The position numbers and the translations under genes were made by a program. From Perkinsus chesapeaki ATCC PRA-425 (lineage: Eukaryota; Protista; Perkinsozoa): a stretch of 64,000 nucleotides of DNA. The stretch covers positions 51,624 through 115,623 of the forward strand of contig JAAPAO010000035.1 of NCBI GenBank assembly GCA_013115145.1, given 5' to 3'. This document shows, piece by piece, positions 13,301-23,419 of the stretch. Each line of letters begins with the position of its first letter. Within the stretch, counting starts at the first letter, position 1. The notes under the pieces were generated by a model. It searched no databases. It saw only the letters and a list, made by a program, of their open reading frames with translations, and was not told where the DNA came from.

Positions 13301-13675
13301 CAAGAACGCCACCGCAGGGTTGCTGGTAGGATCCCTCAGCTCTGGTGTTCAAATGGCCATATCGATGTCCAATACTGGAGGAGCTTGGGACAACGCCAAG
13401 AAGTAAGCTCCTGGGTTGGTCCGCCTTGTAGGGTTTCCGTGAGGTACATTGAAGCTGGTGGTCTCGGGCCAGAGCATGGTAAAGGCAGCGCCACGCATAA
13501 GCACGCTGTCACCGGTGATACTGTGGGGGACCCTCTGAAGGACACATCGGGTCCGAGCCTGAACATACTGATAAAGCTGTCGGCTATCATATCGTTGGTG
13601 TTCGGCAGCCTGATTGATATAAGATTCTCCAATGCCAGTGGTGGCCCTATCTGGCTGAAGGCCAGCACGGTGTAG
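10336..13675 (+). CDS. VP1: Vacuolar-type H+-translocating pyrophosphatase, K+-stimulated type I (VP1), multi-exon
   Basis: [24 protein letters not shown] start, then [104 protein letters not shown] (Ala/Gly form of the K+-dependent type), [12 protein letters not shown] and [24 protein letters not shown]. Confidence 0.97.
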
Positions 13676-14321
13676 CTGCCTCTAGTGGTCTGAGTGTGTT
13701 GCATGCCGCCATCAGTTGTAGAGGAGAATAGCTGTGGCGAATTGGGGTTGAGTTTAAGTCCGAGGCAAATTAGAATGTGAAGTTGTAATTATTTTGAATG
13801 GCGGCTCCTAGCATTCATCCGTCTCGTGTGATTTGCCCGGAGCTGAGGGAGACTGGGAGCTGTTCGCAAAAGCTGACATGTCCGTATAACCATCATATGT
13901 AGTGAGGGTGGATGAGGGGGGTAGGGTAGAGGAATTGAGTGAGCAGCAGCAGCAGTGAAGTGGGATTCACGTCGAGCGCAGATTTCACCACCGGGTCATC
14001 CTCGTGTAGCGCAGCAGGCCTGTGGGTGTGTCGGGGTGTATTTATAGGGGCAGCTTCTTTCGTGAGCTGCTAGAGCTGTTATTCTAGAACCTTCGTATAG
14101 ATTCAATATTTGCTTCGTTATCAAACTGCACTGGAGAGTTCAGATGGCCTCAAAATTTTGATGTGAAGGGGATCGTCTGGACTTCGCAACTTACCATTCG
14201 TGGAGATTCGTCATTCTCCCTGCGAGCGGCAAGGGCCAAGAGTTGCGCTTTCTGTTATCCTCTCAATGTGTTTGAGTGGCTTCCTGTGATTCAGTCCTAA
14301 GATGCCGAGCGCTCCGCCGTC

Positions 14322-17300
14322 ACAGCCCTCCCACCCGACCGGCCCGACTACTTGGAAAGGAAGGTAGCCATTGGGCGTGTTGATGACCTTTAGAGCGTCT
14401 CTTAGGGGAGGCAACGCTGTACCGGTGGCAGCCAAGAGCCCGGCTCCCACGCCCAGTATGAACGGTTTCGGAGGGAAAGGCTTTGGTAAAGGCAAGGGAG
14501 GGGGCTGGAGCGATGGCGTGGGCAAGGGGGGAGGAGGCTATGATGGGGGGAAGGGGAAGGGTGGATACCAGGAAGACATCGACGACCGTCCAGATGAAAG
14601 GTAATGCTTGGTGTGATGATGGAGGGAGGGAGGGAGTGGAGTCGTTGATAGGACTGGCGGCAATGCTACGGAGATTACCAGCCTGCTGCCGATGTTCCGA
14701 GATGATTATTCTCCTAGTAATGGGAAGGGCTCCGGTGGCCAGACCTCGAGCGGACAGTCACCTCAGCAGGGTACTGTTGGTATATGGCGTAGATTGCAAT
14801 ACTAGTGGGTTAGGAGGCTCTTGGGTCGGTGGCGGCGGTCCGTCTGGCGGTGACACCTCTGAAGAGGGTGGCGACAGCAAGGCCCAGGAGGAGAGGAGGG
14901 CTGGTTTGGAGCAAGAGAAAAGAAAGTTACAAAACATTGTAGGAGTTGGCAAACAGCAGTTGGCGGTATGGATTATCGGATGTGGTACTGTCAGTTGGAG
15001 AGGCAGAGGCATGAAGGGCAGATGCAGATTGAAGGACGAGCGGTAGTCGGTGGCTTGGGTCTGCAGGCTGAGGCGGCCGCAGCATCATCGCCTCCACAGC
15101 AGAGTCCAACGCGATACGATGATTCCTATCAAGAGCGTCGGTTGGACAATAGGAATGGGGAGCAGCAGTTGGACCAACCGGAGGGATATGAGGACACTTA
15201 TAGGGATGAGTATCCTAGTGGGGGGCAGGTAGGGTGGTGGAACTGAAGGGGGGTTGATGGAAGTGGTCAGGACACTGCTGGAAGGGACGGTGATGATGAT
15301 AGAGCAATGCCGTCACCGCCGACGGGGCCTGTGGGATATACCCCTCCGCCGGCGGTTAATAACGAGAGAGCTCAGCAAGTAAGGAGGGTGGTGGTAAAAG
15401 TCAAGGGGGGTATTGGGGTATTCAGGACACTAGACGGGTAATACGGTATGAGAATATGGTAGGGGAGGAGGACACCAGACAACAGGTGAGGAGGGGAGTG
15501 GTCGAGTTGGGGAGGACCGGTATAGGTTAACGGCATTGCCGGCAGCGAGCGTTATAATGGAGGGCAGAGGGAGATGGAGAGAGGTCGCAGGTAAGCGTTC
15601 CAAGGCGAGACGGAGTAGCATTAATGCAGACCTGCTGCTGCTCCTGCTGGGGAGTACGACAACCGATCGGGACCTGAGTATGGGCGAACAGATGCCTTCC
15701 GTCCAGGGGGCAGATATGTATCTGAGGAGCCGGTGCATGGTAGTAAGATTCCCATTAGGTTGATTGGGATGCTCCTGCTCAGATAGGAGAATGGAGCAGC
15801 AACGGGCGGAACCTCCAAGACGGGAAGACTTTGCTCCCGATCCTCGCCAGCCATTGTCCCATGTAACGGCATGGGCCTCGTGTTTGAGTATCTTTGTGCA
15901 GTTGCATACGATGGAGCCTGTGAGGCAGCAGCAGCCACAGCAGTCACAGCAGCAGCAGCATCGGTACTATCCGGATGACTACATCGATCCCTATGAATCA
16001 AGAAGGGTGAGCGGGTTGGCGTGGGGTGAGATCCAGGGTGCCTGGTCAGACCGTGCCGGCTAGGGGAGAGTATTATAGATCTTCGGAGCGCTACGTCAGA
16101 GAGGAGCCGCCACTGTACAGCGGCGAGGTGGCTGGCGTTGTTGATTGGGGCGATGGACCGTGGATTTCAGGATCCTCTTTGCCCGGACTCCATTAGACGT
16201 GGCGAGTACGGTAGGGAGTACCGCAGGGCTCCGCCACCTGAGCCACGGTACGACCCTCGAGAGTCTGAAAGATATTCCTGGTCGAGCCCGGCTGATAGTC
16301 GACCAAGTTATAGGGACGAAATCAGGGAAATGAGGGATGCCCGAACGAGGTTTACGAGATCGAGGCCGGTAAGGGCAAGTGGGAGGGGGTGACGTTGATG
16401 GGCTCTGTAGGAACCATGCTATTCGGTGCCTGCTGTTGGATACAGGCGGATACCTAAGCTGAGGTTTGAGAATAGTGAGAGAAGGTGATGTGGAAGGGGG
16501 GGAGTTGGGTCTTATTCACGGCACGTTGTGAAATAGTACTTGGACAGTATTTATTTGGACAAGCCGGCGTTAATGTAGGGTTTACATTCAACCGGTTTGC
16601 GAAAGACTGGTTGTGGAGTAGGAAAGAGGCGACCGTTCCTGGACGAGAACCAGGCTTGTTGTCGTTAGTTGATGCTCATCAAAACCATTGTGCGGGTAAA
16701 CCACATGCAGTTTGTTGGATTTGAAGTAGTGGCTCCTGCTTGCCAGAGAGCTCGATCAATTAGGATGTAGCGGGAATTCCTCCAATGTAGACTGAGTTTC
16801 CAGTGTAAGAATACCTGGTCTGCTGATCAGGCTCATCACAGAGTCATACAGGAGACCGATTGCACTTGCAGTGGGGAGTTGTTGCATGCTTTCGATTTCA
16901 CTAGTAGCTTGTCGTATATTAAACTTCAGTGCACAACTGGACTGGGAATCCTTTCGATCGCTTTGTGAGCTTTGGTGAATACGCCTATATGAGGTTTGAT
17001 AGACTCCTGCTTAGGATGATGTTCGTCGATGACGCCAATCAGCTGGTCTCGGTGCCGTTTAATTTATCTGTGGATGACAGGCTAAGGAGGTGAGGCAAAA
17101 GAGGTAAAAAGAGCAAACGGTTGCTGTGTAGGATACGTAAGGATGATATCAAAGAGATGACCAAGGAGGAGCTGAGGGCACTGAGGGCCCGGCTACAGCA
17201 GGATAGAGCTAGGTTGGATGAGAGGATTGAACAGTAGGTCATGGGATTATACCGGACTAGATCGGGATTCAGTAAACTTATGATGAAATAAGCCAATGTG

Positions 17301-18896
17301 GTGTTGTTCAGATGCCATAGTGAGTATGCTGATATTGTCACCAGAGTGTTCCATCTGGACTACAGCCCAGCAGTTGAGCCTCATCCACGTATACTTTTTG
17401 GCCTCCAGGGATTTGATGCCCCTTCGACAACTCGGTTACCTGATGACCGAGGTGATTTAATTAGTTTTGACAGGAAGTCTGTTACTTCTTCATCTGGCGG
17501 GAGAAGATATGATGAAGCGGCGGCACCGGTGGGTATTTGGGCTATGGGGTGGAAATCCTTCGCTAAATGAAGGCCTCATTTTTGCGGTTGAATTCTCGTC
17601 AGTTTCGTCGTGATGAGTCTTGTCATGTATGTTGCTATACTGGAGTATATCTGATGATTTATTATGATAGTATTATACAGTACATAGTGCTAATATTTGG
17701 TGAATGTGTGGTACACATTCACGTACACATTGTGTACGTAGGACATTTTTATTTTAACACACATTGTCCATTGTTATAAACATTGTAACCAAAAACCAAC
17801 CTCCACCAGCAACTAAGTGGAGGTGTTGGTCACTTTTGCGGCACATCGTTTAGTGTGCCTCTACGGTAGTATGTAACATGCGGCTTCGTTACAGCATCCT
17901 AGCCAACTTCGACTTGAGGTTCTGTGCGTCATTCTTGGTAAGCAGGGGTCTCGATTATGCATTATATCACTCCCATAGCTCAAGTATACGTACTAGTACT
18001 ACTACACGTACTATTTATCTACGTATACTAGTTACATAGTATTAAGTGTTACTCAAGTATACACTTGTCTCATTTCAGATTCGAACTCCGGACCGTGAGC
18101 CGCTGCTGCCGGGCCCTCCCAGTCCTCCCCCTAGGGCGTATGGTCCTCCATCATCGATGGATTCGGTACCGAGGCGTAGCCCACCGGTTGAGCCTGTGAT
18201 GCCCAGAAATAATGTAAGGAAGTCTGTGACGCTTCCACGGTTCTAAGTTTGAGGCGGTTTCAAGTAGCGTGATACTTCTGATACTTTTCCTGGAGTGCAA
18301 CATAGGGCGGAAGGGCCGGTGAAAAAAAACCAATATGGAGATGCGCTATCTCTGTTGAAATCGGACGCCTATTTTGGGACATATCGGTAGTAGATGAATT
18401 TTGCGCTGAGGATAAGTTCTGCCCAATGGAGAAGAGGAGCACTAAACCGTCGACGGAGAGTGAAAAAATCGCCGAGATTACCACGGAGGGGTGAAACATT
18501 TGACAGGTTGCCGAAAATTTTCTTCACCGCAAAGGTTTGTACGTAAAGAATGACTGAGAGGTTCGGCTTCGGTGATTTTGCCAAAGATGCACTAGGTGTT
18601 GTTATTCAGTTACGAGACTGGGAAGGCAGTCAGGGTGAAGCTTCCAGGGACTCGCTACGGGTAGACTCCGTTCCTGATGGTTGCTGTCCAATGTGCCATG
18701 CGAAGTTCCCGGACGAGGGTAGGAATAACATTAGAGGAAAGTTTGGTATGGACTTATAGATTCACTACAGCAGCATGCTGAGAATTGTAACGACCAGTGT
18801 CCCGAGCGAACGGAGCGACCGTCCGGCCCTGGCATAGGGTGCCCGGTGTATGTTAAGAGCTCGTATACTCCAGATGAAGGAGATGATAACCAGGTG
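14322..18896 (+). CDS. Multi-exon low-complexity protein: GKG-rich N-terminus, coiled-coil and R/D/E/P-rich segments, UBZ-like zinc finger near the end (may be more than one gene)
   Basis: Exons GGKGFGKGKGGGWSDG, QEERRAGLEQEKRKLQNI, RDEIREMRDARTR, MTKEELRALRARLQQDR and spliced CPMCHAKFPDE|DSLQQHAENC (C-x2-C-x11-H-x3-C). Continuity across 16400-18070 is not fully resolved. Confidence 0.5.
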
Positions 18897-19602
18897 AGAT
18901 TAGTGGGGAATTATTTGCTGCTGAATAATTAGTGTGGTTTAATAATATGGTTCAAAGAGCGAAAGGTGTAGTTGATAATCCTCAAAAACAGAAGAGGTTA
19001 GGAGTACAGAGCAAAGCATCGGTGCTTTGAGCAGTTTCACGATGATCGGACGGGACAGATTATCTGGATGAAGAGTGGAATAACTTCATTGAGGATTAAT
19101 TATTGTAGTTTACTTACTTTTTTGATTAAGTGTTGGAAAATATACTCTCTTTCTCGTAACAGTTGCTGCACAAAAGGGCTCAGTAGTGGCGTGTTCAGGT
19201 GGAGTTGAACGTGGGTGATGAGGTGTTGCTGTCGGAGCTGGACGATGGTATGGGGTGGACCATGGTGAACAAGGATGGCATGCTCGGCTGGGTGCCGACG
19301 GCTGCATTGGATCTAGAGCAACGGATGCGCTGACTTCCTGCAAGAGTTTGATGTGATAAAGTTGACTGTGATTGATTGAAGAAATGAGTTTCCTTTTACT
19401 TCCTCTGGTTAGTGTTGGTGCAATCTGTTGGACCATTTACTATCTGCAAATTTGCAAGTTTGTAAACGTGCTAACGTGTTATTAGAGCTAGGCATGAGCT
19501 TTGTTCATATGGCAAATATATGCAGTTCTTAGTCGTTCAATCTCGCTGTGTTGGCAGCATTGTCATCCTGCGCGCTAGTTCCCGGCGTTACCCATAAAAC
19601 AG

Positions 19603-19697
19603 GTCCTGGATTCTATCATTAACGCCGAGTCTGTGAGATTCTTTGCCAATGAGAAAAGAGAAACGGAACTCTATGACGAGTCCCTGGCTAAATACGA
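19603..19697 (+). pseudogene. Orphan duplicate of an ATM1 exon ([32 protein letters not shown]) with intact GTAAG donor
   Basis: 19606-19697 aligns without gaps to 28601-28692 with 7 mismatches in 92 nt. Confidence 0.85.
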
Positions 19698-20131
19698 GTA
19701 AGGAAGAGGCCGGCGTCTTCCGCATTATGAAGGTTCAGTATGCCAGACTATATCCAATATGTGCTTTGTGGTGGTAAAGTTCCGTGAATGTTTCCTGGCG
19801 AGGCCTCATCTTAAGATTATCTCATCTGTGGTTCCCAGCGATGTTAGTTCATTGAGGGCTCTTTATGCCATTGAAGGGGGCATCTCATCCTTTGGATCAT
19901 CTTTTGTCGGTAAAGGTATGGCTCTATTAGTGCAGTAAAGCTACCTCGGCTGTTTTCACTAGATAACTCAGCACTCATTGGAATAACAACAACAATGAGA
20001 ACAGCGTGAGTTCGATAAATATATGTACGTGTAAAGTAATAATTAGTCATAGGAGTCTTGATAGCAACGTTTGGGGGGGGTCCGCCTCAGTCGAAATCGA
20101 AACTACCACAACCGATACTGTGTCGTAATTC

Positions 20132-21319
20132 CTAATTGATGCGGTGAAGATGCACCATGAATTTTTCTTCTGACCTTACTATGGGTAGAGACAGCGCCAG
20201 GCCAGTTTGAGGAGATGAAGTTATTATCACCCCAATGAGATCGAGTCGTCTGCCAAATATTTCTACCTCGGTATAGAGTACAGAATGTAGCTGGAGCACT
20301 CTACCTGATGCATCTTGGCTGGTGCCCATCGAAGTGATGAGCTTCTTTTCACCGCTGTATGGAAGAAGGCTCAAGTCTACTTTTCTTCGCCCCGTGTTAT
20401 CCCTAAAAATGCGAACTTCGATCTTATCAGGCGAGTAGTCTGGGGTGGCATAGCGGCCATCAGGTATAGGTTCAGTGGGTACAGTAGCTCGTGTGGTAGA
20501 TAGTGCATGTTGCCCGACCGGACTGCCTTGTGTGGCAGATGGTAGACGGTGCTCAAAAGTGCCCGTTGGTGTAGCAGGTAGTGGTGCTGACTGCTCCCTT
20601 TTGCTTCTCTTTCTTGCTGTGTCTTCCACCGCAGAAGTAGCCGTCCGCTTTACTGGTTTATTGGATATACCATCGGATTCGTTTTCAGCAACTGGCGCCT
20701 TCTGGGGGACTTTGGAGAATTCCTCTTTGTCACTCGACTCGATCTTCTTCAGCGCGAAAGTCTTCGCTTGCCATCTCTCCCTGCCATCTTCCATCATTGT
20801 TTGCTCGCGTAATACCAAAGTTTTGCCTCCACCACAGATATAAAGATGAGTATAAGTTCGCATACTTAACTTAGTGATTCCGAAAACTTCAAGTACGTTT
20901 TTCAACCACGGGGAGGATCCGTGGAAATAAAAGCAACCGAACATATCATGTGTGTGCATGTTATTCTTCACCAATTCAACTGGCGCTCCCATGAAGGGGT
21001 CCGCACTGACATCATCGTCACCAGTCACCACCCTAATTATACCAGCTTGGCCTTTATCTGTTGATGAAACCTTAAGCTCAATCCTAGGATTGCTCTCTGT
21101 CTCGTAGGTGCCGGAGGGAAGTTCGGACGCTGTAACGAAGTGTCTGGTACGCTTTTTCTTGGGCGCTTCCTCGACAGATAGCTCTTCATTTCTATTGAAC
21201 GGCAACCTAAATACTGGTGAGGAATACACAGCTCGTGGACGGTACGCGAGAGTGCAATAAATCCCGGAATAGATCACTTGCATTGCATGGAAATGAAGTG
21301 TCACAAAACTGCAAGTCAA
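20132..21319 (-). CDS. Intronless orphan protein, paralog of the gene nested in the ATM1 intron (two P-x-G-x-Y domains flanking a basic linker)
   Basis: 395-aa ORF (first ATG at 21283). It shares SELPSG.Y, GQAGI.R, CFYFH..SPWLK and [20 protein letters not shown] blocks with 28976-30062. Confidence 0.8.
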   Translation of the reverse strand: MTCSFVTLHFHAMQVIYSGIYCTLAYRPRAVYSSPVFRLPFNRNEELSVEEAPKKKRTRHFVTASELPSGTYETESNPRIELKVSSTDKGQAGIIRVVTGDDDVSADPFMGAPVELVKNNMHTHDMFGCFYFHGSSPWLKNVLEVFGITKLSMRTYTHLYICGGGKTLVLREQTMMEDGRERWQAKTFALKKIESSDKEEFSKVPQKAPVAENESDGISNKPVKRTATSAVEDTARKRSKREQSAPLPATPTGTFEHRLPSATQGSPVGQHALSTTRATVPTEPIPDGRYATPDYSPDKIEVRIFRDNTGRRKVDLSLLPYSGEKKLITSMGTSQDASGRVLQLHSVLYTEVEIFGRRLDLIGVIITSSPQTGLALSLPIVRSEEKFMVHLHRIN

Positions 21320-21434
21320 ACTTGCCGTTCCTCATTATTTCTCAAGTCGCCCAATCGGGGAAATGTGGCGTGTTGGCGTGGTCGTCAGTGCGATATCTTT
21401 ATCGAGATAGGATAATGCTTACTGTAAGAGAGAG

Positions 21435-21497
21435 TCTCTGCGGAGTGCCAGTTTCGGCCAGCAGTTCATCTTCGCATTCCGTGGTTGGATCTGAATG
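21435..21497 (+). pseudogene. Degenerate remnant of the next ATM1 exon (ESLRSASFGQQFI vs [13 protein letters not shown])
   Basis: agtctctgcggagtgccagtttcggccagcagttcatc resembles agtctctggggaggctcaatttcggccagcagctcatc in the ATM1 exon starting at 30544. Confidence 0.65.
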
Positions 21498-21679
21498 ACT
21501 TGCTGCATTATATTACTGGAATAATGGGCACCTCTTCGGTAGCATAACAACCCCATGTCTGATTCGATATAACACCGTGCTTGTTGAGAAGCTATTCAGC
21601 CACATTTCCTCCAAAAGCCTCTCGCTCGAAACTGAATTTTGACTTCCAGTTGATGGAATTATTCTTTTACGTGGACTTA

Positions 21680-22600
21680 TTATGGTTTGTGCATCTGGTT
21701 GAGGAGTCTGCTTCGATAGGGAGCGAATTTGCCACTTTTCTTCATGTTAGGAGCGCTCTTTGGGACGGTGCAAAAGATATGAATATATATATCCGACTCA
21801 GCTGGATAATGGCTTGCGGATGGGGGCCATGATGAAAGGGGCGGCACATTTGGGTGGGTCGCAAGGCCTTCTTTGCGGCCAGGAAGTGAACGACTTACTA
21901 CCACCCAGCAATCCGTGACAGCGTGGACGGCTTCGCTGAACTTAGTAGCGATTGCCAGAGTCTTTGAGATGATGACATGTATCTCACATATCGTTCCTGC
22001 CGCATTTTTCTTCTCCCACCCGCCCTGAGTTGAGCCTACTACCGCAGTGGTCTTCGGAGTAGCTCTTTCTACGGCGTTCCCCTGCTGGTATGTCGGCCAC
22101 TGCTCGTGACGAGGGACAAGAGGTCACAGTTGACAGCTGCATCCAGAAGCTTGCTGTTGGGGACTATGATGCGTAGGCTTCCAATTCCGATTGAGATAGT
22201 AGAGTCTTGCTTTTAGGTATATAAGAGAAGTCCAGCTCATCGTGGCTGGCCGCGAGGACCGGGAGCCGGACAGCTATCAGAAGGAGCAGAGTCGGGAGCT
22301 GATACGACGGGCAGAGGAGACGGCCTGCACAATCGCTTCAAGGTGGGCATTGGTTTGATTGGGCGCAGTATTGAATTATTGCTTGGCAGGTCTGGCTCGG
22401 GTGATTCTAAGAATGAAGAGACGCTTGATAGGGTAGGTCTACGGCTCGGGCAGAATTGAGCATTCCTATATGGCCAATGATAATCGAACATATATACGGT
22501 GATAATAGATAACCGAATAGTCCAAACAAAGTCGATAGTAACAGGACGGCGGCGGGCGGTTGACATAAGATTTGGGCGAGCCTTGTGAATATCACTGTGC
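21680..22600 (-). CDS. Possible hypothetical Ser/Pro/Arg-rich gene or gene relic
   Basis: Several collinear short minus-strand ORFs (22237-22566, 21680-21904). No recognisable domain. Confidence 0.25.
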
Positions 22601-22820
22601 CATGCTCAGTCTGATTTTTGCCGTTGTCGACGATGCTCCATCGTCGAATATCTTTTAACGCTTATTGTTAAGTAGCACGGTTCGCAGCTCCCAAACTGTC
22701 AAATCAGGCAGACTGATCCACAAAGGATTATACCTATCCGATTGGTGAAAATGATGATGATGGATAATACTAACATCTTACTGGAATCTTTCGGGAATCT
22801 TACGGGAATAGTGCATAGGA

Positions 22821-23110
22821 ACGTAAATTCTGCCGACCAATAGAAACGTAAATCTTGCCGACCAATAGTAACGTAAATCTTCCCGACCAATAGTAACGTA
22901 AATCTTGCCGACCAATAGTAACGTAAATCTTGCCGACCAATAGTAACGTAAATCTTGCCGACCAATAGTAACGTAAATTCTGCCGACCAATAGTAACGTA
23001 AATTCTGCCGACCAATAGTAACGTAAATTCTGCCGACCAATAGAAACGTAAATCTTGCCGACCAATAGAAACGTACATTCTGCCGACCAATAGGAACGTG
23101 AATTCTGCTC
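22821..23110. repeat. 25-bp minisatellite, 11 full copies plus a partial (ACGTAAAT[TC/CT]TGCCGACCAATAG[T/A]A)
   Basis: Head-to-tail units counted at 25-bp spacing from 22821, with no spacers. Confidence 0.97.
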
Positions 23111-23419
23111 TAGACAGGAACGCTGGTTAGGTGCATAGCCTTGGTGGTCTTAATCAGATACGTGGAATGGTTGTGAGAATACCGAGCACATTGGCCATGC
23201 TCACTGCTGATTGGGCTAATCCCTTTTACATTGGGGATTCCCTACTGGCGGTGGTTCGAGGATATATACAAGGGAGATTCAGTACGTTGTTACATGTGTT
23301 TGCACGCATGCGCAACTCAACATCTTTTCAGGGAAATACGAGGGCATCTCTGACGTGAAAAAGAGCTTGAAAAACTCAAGGGCGTAGGAAAATTTTTCCG
23401 GTGTTTTCCGCAGTAGCGA

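Noticed and set aside
22699-23110. CRISPR-like array, or the three repetitive ORFs over the 25-bp repeat
   Set aside because: Units are head-to-tail with no unique spacers, there are no cas genes, and the context is eukaryotic. The ORFs are translation artefacts of the repeat.
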